64,000 nt of DNA, taken from assembly GCA_043228905.1 (NCBI GenBank), contig JBHGNT010000020.1, positions 930,001-994,000 on the forward strand, written 5' to 3'. Below, one piece after another: positions 52,351 to 64,000 of the stretch. The translations under genes and the position numbers were made by a program. Source of the stretch: Azolla caroliniana (Eukaryota > Plantae > Polypodiophyta). The notes under the pieces were generated by a model. It was given only the letters and a program-made list of their open reading frames with translations. It had not been told where the DNA came from and made no database searches. Numbering within the stretch: position 1 is the first letter of the stretch; each line of letters begins with the position of its first letter.

Positions 52351-53609
52351 TCGTGTGATAGGTCCAATTGACCTCTTCTACTGCCGCAACCTCGTCCTCG
52401 ATCACCGTCCGAATTCGAGAAGAACATTGATAGGAGTTCGAAGAATGAAGAAGGGTTTTCTCTCGCCAAGATTGTCGTCCGTAATGGATCGAATCGTTGT
52501 GCGAGGCCGCCCAACCATACTTGGACCATCTCGTCTTCGTCGATGTTTATGTTGATGGAGCCAAATGGGTTACAAATGCTCTTAATCTGGGCGGTTTAGT
52601 CCAACAGGGACATGTCTTTTTGTAGAATGTTATTCAACTCTTGTCGGAGTTGAAGCTTGCGGGAGGTCGTGTTGGCGGCGAATATTTTCTTTAAGTTCTC
52701 CCACGCATCTTTGGGCGTCTTGGTGTCTGGAATGTGGCTAAGCATGTGGTCGTGGACACATGTTGCCAACCAATACATGACTCGACTCGCCGCTTGCTCC
52801 GATGTTGTCGGGTCAATTGTCTTGAGCGCCGTTGATGTAGCTCCAATACCCATGGCTAACGAGGTATTGGGTCATCTTGTACTCCCAAGATGAATAATTG
52901 CTGCAATCTTGCTTTTCACTAGGGAGCAAGCTACGCATTTGTGTGGTCATGTTGATTGTAGTGTCTTCTCTTCTTTTGCTTTTCTTCCTTCGATCATGTA
53001 CACGTGCTACGTAGCGGCACTACGGTAGTCGATATCCGAATTTTGTCGTTAGCGTCTCGAATACACAATCACAGAGTTGGGTGGGCTTAGGGGATTTTGT
53101 AAACCACACGCTCTGATACCATGTTAAGAATTAGGTGATTAATTAAGCAAGGGCTAATTAGTACCTAATTATGTGATTAGTTGATAGACGGAAGATTAAG
53201 TGATATGTGTGTGTTTATGTGTGTGAAAAGAAGAGAGAGAAAGAGAGAAAGAGAGAGAGAGAGAGATAGAGATAGAGAGACCGAGATACGCTTATGAACA
53301 ACACAAGATGGGGGATGAGTAACTATATTAGATTAGCATCAACATCATCATCAAATACAAAAATACCTACAATGAGGTATATATAGATCTCATGTGCAAG
53401 GGTGCACATGTGTGAGGATAATATACGTACAAACGTGTAAGTCCTATATTAAATGTACTTGGGAGTGGAGGATCTAGAATATCCCACTTATGTACAACGT
53501 ATTATTTAAGGCGTTATAGTCAACACTTCTAACTAGATTCTGTCTAGGTAACTACGAAGTTACATGGTTGAATAACTAACTAAAGTAAGTTTAGCTTGAT
53601 CTCTCAAGA
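52351..53609 (-). mobile_element. Truncated Ty1/copia fragment, copy 3 (27 bp shorter in gag)
   Basis: Same junctions as copy 1; PBS 53110-53121; gag fragments 52596-52853 and 52323-52529. Confidence 0.9.
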
Positions 53610-55739
53610 AGCTCAAACAAGTTGTTTTTGTGGACTTGTTTCATTTGTATGCTAGAATACAGTAGGGCTCACTATTCGTTCTCTTAGGTAACAATTGGTA
53701 ACGGTTAAGGACTCACATTGATATGCAAGTAGTCCACAATACTTTTATCTTCTATATTTTTTGTTTGTGATGAAACTCCACTGGAAGTGGGCTCAAATTA
53801 CGCTTGTAGTCTAACGGTTAGGATAATTGCCTTCCAAGCAATAAACCCGAGTTCAACTCTCGACAAGCGCACACCATGTTATTTCAACCACAACCTATGA
53901 TTGGAAAGAGAACTCCATTCAAATCCCTTTGAGAATGTGACATTGTTCAAGAGTTTCAGTAACAGAGTCTAAAAACTCTCCAACAAATTGAATTCCTATA
54001 AATATTTGGTCTTAAAATGGTTTCTCAAAACTACTTTCGGTTTTAGGGTAAGAACACGGAAACAAATTGAATTAATCTAATATTTAGCTCAAACAAGCTG
54101 TTTTTATGGACTCGTTTCATTTGTATGCTAGAAGAAAGTAAGCCTCACTATTCGTTCGCTCAGGTAACAATTGGTAAAGGTTAAGGACTCACATTGATAT
54201 GCAAGTTCTCTAGAATACTTTTATCTTGTATATTTTTTGTTTGTGATGAAATTCCACTGGAAGTAGGCTCAAATTACGCTTCAGGTCCAACGGTAAGGAT
54301 AATTGCCTTCCAAACAATAAAACCGAGTTCAACTCTCGGCAAGCGCACACCATGTTATTTCAAGCACTACTTATTATCGATTCAATTCCTTTCGATAATG
54401 TCACGTTGTTGGAGAGTTTCATTAGCAGAGTTTAAAAATCTATACCACGTTTAAAAAGCAATAGACCACGTTTGAACAGACCGGAAGCGCACGTTATGTG
54501 CTTTAGAGCAGTACTTCAATTGGACACGCAAAATCTATACGATTTGATTCGAGACTATAACGTTGTTGGACGAGTTTCATAACTAAATTGCAAGAACACG
54601 GGAATAGATTGAATTAATTTGATGTTTAGGTCAAACAAGCTGTTTTTGTGGACGTGATTCATTTGTATGCTAGAAGAAAGTAAGGCTCACTATTTCTTCG
54701 CTCAGGTAACAATTGGTAAAGGTTAAGGACTCACATTGATATATAACTCGTATACAATAATTTTATCTTGTATATTTTTTGTTTGTGATAAAAATCCATT
54801 GGAAGGAGGCTCATATTGCGCTTGTATTCCAATGGTTAGTATAATTTCCTTACATGAAATAGACCTGAGTTCAACTCTCGGTAAGCGCACATCATCTTAT
54901 TTCAACCACTACTTACGATCGAGAAGAGAAATCTATTTAATTCCCTTCGACAATGTCACGTTGTTCGAGAGTTTCATTAGTAGAGTCTAGAAACTCTCCA
55001 ACAAATTAAGTTCTGATAAATATTTGGTCAAAAACGGTTCCTAAAACTAGCTTCATTTTATCTTATAAGAATGTTACGGTCACCTTATGCTCGCTCACAT
55101 TAAAAATGGTAAAGATTAAGGACTTAGGTTCATATGAAATATTTGTGCGCCTGTAGTCCTACAATAGACCACATTTCAACATTCCGCAAGCGCACTCTAT
55201 TTACTTTAGTGCAGTACTTCAATTGGATAAACAAAATCTATTCGATTGGATTCAAGAATATGACATTGTTCGATGAGTTTCATAACTAGATTTCAAGAAC
55301 ATGGGAACAAATTGAATTAATCTGATGTTTAGTTGAAACAAGTTGTTTTTGTGGACTTTTTTCATTTGTATGCTACAAGAAGGTAAGGCTCACTTTTCGT
55401 TCACTCATGTAATGATAGGTAAAGGTTAAGGACTAAAATTGATATCCAACTACTCAACAATAACTTTATCTTGTATATTGTTTGTTTGTGATAAAACTCC
55501 CTTGTGCGTACGTTCATATTGTGCTTGTAATCCAACGGTTAGGATAATCTCCTTCCAAGGAATAGAACTGATTTCAACTCTCAGCAAGCGCACACCATGT
55601 TATTTACAACACTACTTTAGATGGAAAAGCAAAAAAAATTCCAATTCCCTTCGACAAAGTCACGTTGTTGGAGAATTTCATTAGCGCAGTGTAAAAACTC
55701 TCCAGCAAATTGAATTCCTATAAATATTTGGTCAAAAAA

Positions 55740-56497
55740 TGACAGGAACTACACGCATTAATCTCCGGAAACAACCGAAACAAAATCACTAAGTACTACA
55801 CGCTCTGCTAAATCAATGCTCAGTCACAACCGAGTCTAGGATCAAACAGAGAAAAAATGGGAATGAAATGCACGACACAGAGAAGAGAAGAGTGCATAGG
55901 ATGGTTAATGTGGAAAACCCTAAGAGGGAAAAACCACGGCAGCCCACAGACTGCAAACTATCACTATATCACAATGATTACAACAGTGAGCTCACGGAGG
56001 CAGCGACCTCGCGCTCACGATCTTCGCCACAAGCGGCGGTTACAACAGAGGCAACGACCTCTTCCTCTCTCTCTCTCTCTCTCTCTGTACACTGTTACGC
56101 GCTCTCTGATCTAGCGCCAACAAGAATGACAACAACAAAATAAAAGAGTTTGCCCTAAGTCATATTTATACTAATATGACTTTCCGGCTATTTACAAATA
56201 TAGCCCCGATGGACTCTCATAAACATATTTACGAATATGTCCCTTCATCCGGTGAGCACTCCTCACCGGGCTTGCATCATCCGGCACTTGCCGGGCACAT
56301 GTCATCCGGTTCTCACCGGGTCTTCACCTTCCGGCTCTTGCCGGGTACTCGTCATCCGGTTCTCACCGGGTCTTCTGTTGCCAGGTACTTGTCATCCGGT
56401 TCTCACCGGGTCTTCCGTAGCCGGGTCTTCCACATCTGGTTTGCTTATCAGTACTGTTCCTTATCACTTCCCATCCGGAGGGACATGTTTCCTAACA
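55740..56497 (-). mobile_element. Solo LTR, 758 bp, related to 51309-52055 in opposite orientation
   Basis: TGACAGGAACT...CCTAACA; TSD AAAAA; reverse complement shares TATA region and U5 motifs with the 51309 LTR; empty paralogous site at ~9769. Confidence 0.88.
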
Positions 56498-58562
56498 AAA
56501 AACAGTTTCTCAAAACTACTTTCGGTTTTATCCTATAAGAAAGTTAGGGTCGCCCTTTGCTCACTCACAAAAAACATGGTAAAGATTAAGGACTCAGGTT
56601 TGATATGACATATATGTGCACCTTTAGCCCTACAATTAGGATATTTTTCTATAAAGCAATAGCCTACATTTCAACATTCCACAAGCACAAGCTATGTCCT
56701 TTAGAGCGGTACTTCAATTGGATAAACAAAATCTATTCGATTTGAGTCGAGAATATAAAATTGGTGGATGAGTTTCATAACTAGATTGTAAGAACACGAG
56801 AACAAATTGAATTAATTTGATGTTTAGCTGAAAGAAGTTGTTTTGTTGGACTTGTTTCATTTGTATACTAGAAGAAAGTAAGACTTAGTATTTGTTCGCT
56901 CAGGTAACAATTGGTAAAGGTTAAGGACTGACATTCATATGCAACTACTCAAAAATAATTTTATCTTGTAAGTTTTTTAATTTTGGTAAAGATCGATTGA
57001 ATGTAAATTCAAATTGCGCTTGTAGTCCAACCGTTAGGCTAACTGTCTTCCAAGCAATAGACCCAAGTTCAACTCTCGGCAAGCGCATACCATGTTATTT
57101 TAACCACTATTCACAATCTAAAACAGAAATCTATTCAAGTCCCTTCGACAATGGCATGTTCTTCAAGAGTTTCATAAGCAAGGTTTAAGAACTCTCCAAC
57201 AAATTGAATTCCTATAAATATTTAGTCAACAATAATTTTATGTTGTATCTTTTTTGTTATTGATAAACTTCCCATTCAAAGTAGGGTCAAATTGCACTTG
57301 TAGTCCCTACTTACGATCTATAAGAGAAATCTATTCAAGTCCCTTCGACATTCTCACGTTCTTCGAGGGTTTCATTACCAGAGTCTAAAAACTCTCCAAC
57401 AAATTGAATTGCTATAAATATTTAGTCAAAAAACGGTTTCTCTAAACTAGTTTCGTTTTTATCGTATAAGAATGTAAGGGTCACCTTTTGCTCGCTAACA
57501 TAAAAAATGGTACACATTATGGACTCAGCTTGATATGAGATATTTGTGTGCCTATTGCCCTACAATTAGGATATTTTTCTTGAATGCAATAGACCACATT
57601 TCAACATTCCGCAAGTGCACACTATGTGCCTTAGCGCAGTACTTGCATCAGATAAACGAACTCTATCCGATTCGATTTGACAATATGACATTGGTGGATG
57701 AGTTTGGTAACTAGATTGTAAGAATATGGGAACAAATTGAACTAATATGAGAATATAATATTGTTCACTGACTTTCATAAGAAGATTGTAAGAACACGAG
57801 ATCAAATTGAATTAATCTGATGAGTAGCTTACATAGGTTGTTTAAGTAGATTTCTTTCATTTTTATGAGAGAAGAAAGTAAGGTTCAGTTTGTATTCGTA
57901 CAGGTATACGACTCCCATAATTATGCGACTACTGAACAATAATTTTATCTGGCGTATTTTATGTTTTTGATAATGTTCCACTAGAAGTAGGTGGAAATTG
58001 CGCTTGTAGGCCAACCGTTAGGATAATTCCCTTCCAAGCAATACACCCGAGTTCAACTCTCGGGAAGTGCATACCATGTTATTTCAACCAGTACTCACGA
58101 TATAAAAGACAAATCTATTGAAGTCCCTTTTATAATGTTATGTTCTTTGAGAGTTTCATTAGCGGAGGTTAAAATGTCTCCAACAAATTGAAGTCCTATA
58201 AATTGAAGTCCTATTGAAAGCAATAACCAACGTTTCAATATTCCGCAAGCTCATCTTTTTTCCTTTAGTGTGGTACTCGAATTGGATAAACAAAATCTAT
58301 TCGATGACATTGGAGAATCTAAAATTGTTGGATGACTTTCATAACTAGATTGTAATAACACGAGATCAAATTGAATTAATCTGATGATTAGCTTACATAG
58401 GTTGTTTTTGTGGATTTCTTTCATTTGTATGCGAGAAGAAAGTAAGGTTCAGTTTTTATTCGCACAGGTATAGGACTCCCATAATTATGCGACTACTCAA
58501 CAATAATTTTTTCTTGCCTATTTTAAGTTTCTGATAAGCTTCCACAGAAGTAGATGGAAATT

Positions 58563-58634
58563 GCGCTTATAGTCCAACGGTTAGGATAATTGCCTTCCAA
58601 GCAATAGACCCGAGTTCAACTCTCGGCAAGCGCA
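58563..58634 (+). tRNA. tRNA-Gly(TCC), A7/C66 mismatch
   Basis: GCGCTTATAG...; otherwise consensus. Confidence 0.55.
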
Positions 58635-59686
58635 TACCATGTTATTTCAACTAGTACTCATGATCTAAAACAGAAATCTATTCAAGTCCCTTTCGTAATG
58701 TTACGTTCTTCGAGAGTTTCATTAGCAGAGGTTAAAATGTCTCCAACAAATTGATGTCCTATAAATATTTTGTGCAGAAACGGTTTTAATAAACTAGATT
58801 CCTTTTTATCTTATAAGAAACTTAGGGTCACCTTTTGGTCGCTCACATAAAACATAGAAAACATTCAAGACTCAGGTTTGATATGAGATATTTGTGCGGC
58901 TTTAGCCGTACAATTAGGATATTTTTGTTGAAAGCAATAACAAACGTTTCAATATTCCGCAAGCTCAAGCTATGGGCTTTAGAGCTGTACTCGAATTGGA
59001 TAAACAAAATGTATTTGATAGATTCGAGAATATAAAATTGTTCAATAACTTTCATAACTACAATATAAAATTCTACAAGCACATGCTATGTCCTTTAGAG
59101 CGGTACTTCAATGGGATAAACAAAATCTATTCGATTCGATTCGAGAATAGAAATTTGGTGTCTGAGTTTCATAACTAGATTGTAAGAACACGAAAACAAA
59201 TTGAATTAATTTGATGTTTAGCTAAAACAAGCTGTTTTGTTGGACTTTTTCATTTGTATGCTAGAAGAAAGAAAGACTCAGTATTTGTTCGTTTAGGTAA
59301 CAATTGGTAAAGGTTAAGGACTGACATTCATATGCAACTACTCAACAATAATTTTATCTTGTAAATTTTTTATTTTTGGTAAAGATCGATTGAATGTAGG
59401 TTCAAATTGCGCTTGTAGTCCAACGATTAGGGTAGCTGCCTTCCAAGCAATAGACCCAAGTTCAACTCTCGGCAAGCACATACCATGTTATTTCAACCAC
59501 TACTCACAATCTAAAAGAGAAATCTATTCAAGTCCCTTCGACAATGGCACGTTCTTCAAGAGTTTCATAAGCAAGGTTTAAGAACTCTCCAAGAAACTGA
59601 ATTCCTATAAATATTTAGTCAACAATAATTTTATGTTGTATCTTTTTTGTTATTGATAAACTTCCCATTCGAAGTAGGGTCAAATT

Positions 59687-59758
59687 GCGCTTGTAGTCCA
59701 ATGGTTAGGATAATTGCCTTCCAAGCAATAGACCCGAGTTCAACTCTCAGCAAGCGCA
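59687..59758 (+). tRNA. tRNA-Gly(TCC), one T-stem mismatch
   Basis: CTCAG instead of CTCGG. Confidence 0.5.
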
Positions 59759-62218
59759 TACCATATTATTTGAACCACTACTTACGATCTAAAAGAGAAA
59801 TCTATTCAAGTCCGTTCGACATTCTCACGTTCTTCGAGGGTTTCATTACCAGAGTCTAAAAACTCTCCAACAAATTGAATTGCTATAAATATTTAGTCCA
59901 AAAATGGTTTCTCTAAACTAGTTTCGTTTTTATCATGTAAGGGTCACCTTTTGCTCACTGACATACAAAATGGTATAGATTATGGACTCACCTTGATATG
60001 AGATATGTGTGTGCCTATTGCCCTACAATTAGGATATTTTTCTTGAATGCAATAGACCACATTTCAACATTCCGCAAGTGCACGCTATGTGCCTTAGAGC
60101 AGTACTTGCATTGGATAAACGAACTCTATCCGATTGGATTCGACAATATGACATTGGTGGATGAGTTTGGTAACTAGATTGTAAGAACATGGGAACAAAT
60201 TGAATTAATATGATGTTTAGCTCAAACAAGTTTTTTTTGTAGGCATGCTTCATTTGTATGCTAGAAGAAAGTAACGCTCAATATTCGTTCGCTCAGGTAA
60301 CAATTCGTGAAGGTTAAGGACTCACATTAATATGCAACTACTCAAAAATAATTTTATCTTGTATATTTTTTTATTTATTCTGATAAACTTCGATTGAATG
60401 TAGGTTCAAATTGCTGTTGTAGTCCAATGATTAGGATACTTTCCTTCTATGCAATAGATCCGAGTTCAACTCTCAGCAAGCGGATACTATGTTAGCCCTA
60501 CAATTAGGATATTTTTTGTTTTTGATAAATTTCCATTCAGGGCAGGGTCAAATTGCGCTTGTAGTCCAACGGTTAGGATAACTGCCTTCCAAGCAATAGA
60601 CCCGAGTTCAACTCTCAGCAAGGGCATACCATGTTATTTCAACAATTACTCATGATATAAAAGAGAAATCTATTCAAGTCCCTTCGAAAATGTAAAGTTC
60701 TTCGAGAGTGTCATTAGGAGAGTCTAAAAACTCTCCAACTAATTGAATTCCTATAAATATTTGGTCAAAAAACATTTTGTCTAAACTAGTTTCGTTTTTA
60801 TCTTATAAGAAAGTTAAGGTCACCTTTTGCTCGCTCACGTAAAACATGGTGAAGATTAAGTACTCAGGTTTGATATGAGATATTTGTGCGCGTTTAGCCC
60901 TACAATTAGGATATTTTTCTTGAAAGCAATAGCCCACGTTTCAACAATCCACAAGGGCACGATACGTCCTGTAGAGTGACACTTCAATTCGATAAACAAC
61001 ATCTATTCGATTCGATTTGAGAATATAAAATTGCTACATGAGTTTGATAACTAGATTGTAAGAACACTAGAACAAATTGAATTAGTCTGATGCTTAGCTC
61101 AAACAAACTAATTTTGTGGACTTGTTTCATTTGTATGCAAGAAGAAAGTAAGGCTCACTATTTGTTCGCTCAGGTATAGGATTCACATTTATATGCAGCT
61201 ACTCAACAATAATTTTATCTCGTATATTTTTTGTTTTTGATAAACTTCCCTTGGAAGCATGTTTAAATTTTGCTTGTAGACCAACAGTTAGGATAATTGA
61301 ATTAATCTGATGTTTAGCTCAAACAAGTTGTTTTTGTAGGCTTGCTTCATTAGTATGCTCAAGGAAAGTAACGGTCAATATTCGTGCGCTCATGTAACAT
61401 TTGGTAAAGGTTAAGGACGCACATAGATATGCAATTACTCAAAAATAATTTTTTCTTGTATATTTTTAATTTTTGATAAATTTCGATTGAATGTATGTTC
61501 AAATTGCACTTGTAGTCCAACGGTTAGGATAATTGCCTTACAAACAATAGACCTGAGTTCAACTCTCGGCAAGCGCATACCATGTTATTTCAACCAGTAC
61601 TCACGATCTACAACAGAAATTTGTTGAAGTTTCTATCGTAATGTTACGTTCTTCGACAATTTCATTAGCAGAGGTTTAAATGTCTCCAACTAATTGATGT
61701 CCTATAAATATTTTGTGCAAAAACCGTTTGAATAAACAAGATTCCTTTTTATCTTATAAGAAACAAAGCGTCACCGTCTGGTCGCTCACATAGAACATAG
61801 AAAACATCAAGGAGTCAGGTTTGATATGAGATATTTGTGCGGCTTTAGCCTTACAAATAGGATATTTTTCTTGAAAGCAATAACCAACATTTCAATATTC
61901 CGCAAGCGCAAGCTATGTCCTTTACAGCGATACTCGAATTGGATAGACAAAATGTATTCGAAAGATTCGAGAATATAAAATTGTTGAATGACTCTCATAA
62001 TTAGTTATTAAGAACAAGAGATAAAAATAAATTAATCTGTTGATTAGCTTACATAGCTTGGTTTTGTTGATTTCTTTCATTTGTATGCGAGAAGAAACTA
62101 AGGTTCAGTTTTTATTCGTACAGGTATAGGACTCCCATAATTATGCGACTACTCAACAATAATTTTATCTTGCCTATTTTATGTTTCTCATAAGATTCCA
62201 CAGAAGTGGATGGAAATT

Positions 62219-62290
62219 GCGCTTGTAGTCCAACGGTTAGGATAATTGCCTTCCAAGCAATAGACCCGAGTTCAACTCTCGGCAAGCGCA
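62219..62290 (+). tRNA. tRNA-Gly(TCC), type A
   Basis: Same as 25779. Confidence 0.85.
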
Positions 62291-62914
62291 TACCATGTTA
62301 TTTCAACCAGTACTCACGATCTACAATAGAAATCTATTGAAGTCCCTGTCGTAATGTTACGTTCTTCGACAGTTTCATTAGCAAAGGTTTAAATGTCTCC
62401 AACAAATTGATGTCCTATAAATATTTTGTGCAAAAACCGTTTTAATAAACTAGTTTCCTTTTTATCTTATACGAAACATAGTGTCACCTTTTGGTCGCTC
62501 ACATAAAACATTGAAAACATTAATGACTCAGGTTTGATATGAGCCGTACAAATCAGGATATTTTCCTTCAATGCAATAACCAATATTTCAATATTCCGCA
62601 AGTGCAAGCTATGTCCTTTAGAGCGATTATCGAATTGGATAGAGAAAATGTATTCGATAGATTCGAGAATATAAGATTGTTGAATGATTTTCATAATTAG
62701 ATTGTAAGAACAAGAGATAAAAATGAATTAATTTGTTGATTAGCTTACAAAGCTTGGTTTTGTGGATTTCTTTCATTTGTATGCGAGAAGGAAGTAAGGT
62801 GCAGTTTTTATTCGTACAAGTATAGGACTCCCATAATTATGCGACTACTCAACAATAATTTTATCTTGCCTATTTTATGTTTCTCATAAGATTCCACAGA
62901 AGTGGATGGAAATT

Positions 62915-62986
62915 GCGCTTGTAGTCCAACGGTTAGGATAATTGCTTTCCAAGCAATAGACCTGAGTTCAACTCTCGGCAAGCGCA
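62915..62986 (+). tRNA. tRNA-Gly(TCC), type B
   Basis: Same as 25066. Confidence 0.75.
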
Positions 62987-63627
62987 TACCATGTTATTTC
63001 AACCAGTACTCACGATCTACAACAGAAATTTGTTGAAGTCCCTATCGTAATGTTACGTTCTTCGACAATTTCATTAGCAGAGGTTTAAATGTCTCCAACT
63101 AATTGATGTCCTATAAATATTTTGTGCAAAAACCGTTTGAATAAACAAGATTCCTTTTTATCTTATAAGAAACAAAGCGTCACCGTCTGGTCGCTCACAT
63201 AGAACATAGAAAACATCAAGGAGTCAGGTTTGATATGAGATATTTGTGCGGCTTTAGCCTTACAAATAGGATATTTTTCTTGAAAGCAATAACCAACATT
63301 TCAATATTCCGCAAGCGCAAGCTATGTCCTTTACAGCGATACTCGAATTGGATAGACAAAATGTATTCGAAAGATTCGAGAATATAAAATTGTTGAATGA
63401 CTCTCATAATTAGTTATTAAGAACAAGAGATAAAAATAAATTAATCTGTTGATTAGCTTACATAGCTTGGTTTTGTTGATTTCTTTCATTTGTATGCGAG
63501 AAGAAACTAAGGTTCAGTTTTTATTCGTACAGGTATAGGACTCCCATAATTATGCGACTACTCAACAATAATTTTATCTTGCCTATTGTAAGTTTCTCAT
63601 AAGCTTCGACTCAAGAAGATGGAAATT

Positions 63628-63699
63628 GCGCTTGTAGTCCAACGGTTAGGATAATTGCCTTCCAAGCAATGGACCCGAGTTCAACTCTCGGCAAGCGCA
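63628..63699 (+). tRNA. tRNA-Gly(TCC), GGAC variant
   Basis: Same as 37051. Confidence 0.8.
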
Positions 63700-64000
63700 T
63701 ACCATGTTATTTCAACCAGTACTCACGATCTAAAATAGAAATTTGTTGAAGTCCCTATCGTAATTTTACGTTCTTCGAGAGTTTCATTAGCAGAAGTTTA
63801 AATGTCTCCAACAAATTGATGTCCTATAAATATTTTGTGCAAAAACGGTTTGAATAAACTAGATTCCTTTTTATCTTATAAGAAACATAGCGTCACCTTC
63901 TGGTTGCTCACATAATACATTTATAATATTAAGGAGTCAGGTTTGATATGAGATATTTGTACGGCTTTCGCCGTACAATTAGGATATTTTTCTTGAATGC

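Larger units (their letters stand above)
1..64000 (+). repeat. tRNA-Gly(TCC)-containing tandem satellite, ~696-729 bp monomers, interrupted by LTR elements
   Basis: The same monomer motifs (CAACAATAATTTTATCTTG, the tRNA, CTCCAACAAATTGA, GATTCGAGAATATAAAATTG) recur in one orientation across the window. Spacing is 713 bp (37051, 37764; 40041, 40754, 41467), 696/713 in the core and ~729 in the long variant (~8630 to 9359). Confidence 0.97.
61545..64000 (+). repeat. Near-identical duplicate of ~34970-37423 (end of the 1409-bp HOR block)
   Basis: Offset 26577 (35230/61807, 35890/62467, 36639/63216). Includes the array-exit variant CCTATTGTAAGTTTCTCATAAGCTTCGACTCAAG. Confidence 0.92.

Overview
Eukaryotic (land-plant-like, possibly bryophyte; inferred from the tRNA sequence and retroelement types) AT-rich repeat region with no ordinary protein-coding gene. 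About 85% of the window is a head-to-tail satellite of ~700-730 bp monomers. Each monomer carries a 72-nt tRNA-Gly(TCC) gene on the + strand (roughly 85-90 whole or partial copies by hand count). The monomer is itself an ancient dimer: one intact tRNA-Gly half and one half carrying an ungapped but decayed tRNA relic. The array has a nearly homogeneous core (24.2-37.0 kb; 9 x 1409-bp dimers), a ~2851-bp 4-mer block (38.4-43.5 kb), degenerate rearranged flanks and multi-kb duplications (1-7.4 kb = 43.25-50.65 kb; 35.0-37.4 kb = 61.55-64 kb). Retroelements interrupt it: (1) a very young non-autonomous gag-only LTR element (16325-19871; 748-bp LTRs, tRNA-Trp PBS, 4-bp TSD); (2) three copies of a truncated Ty1/copia LTR-PBS-gag fragment; (3) two related solo LTRs with 5-bp TSDs; (4) an LTR-like fragment. 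Two otherwise unalike LTRs share a tRNA-like A-box/B-box module. The short recurring ORFs are satellite artefacts.
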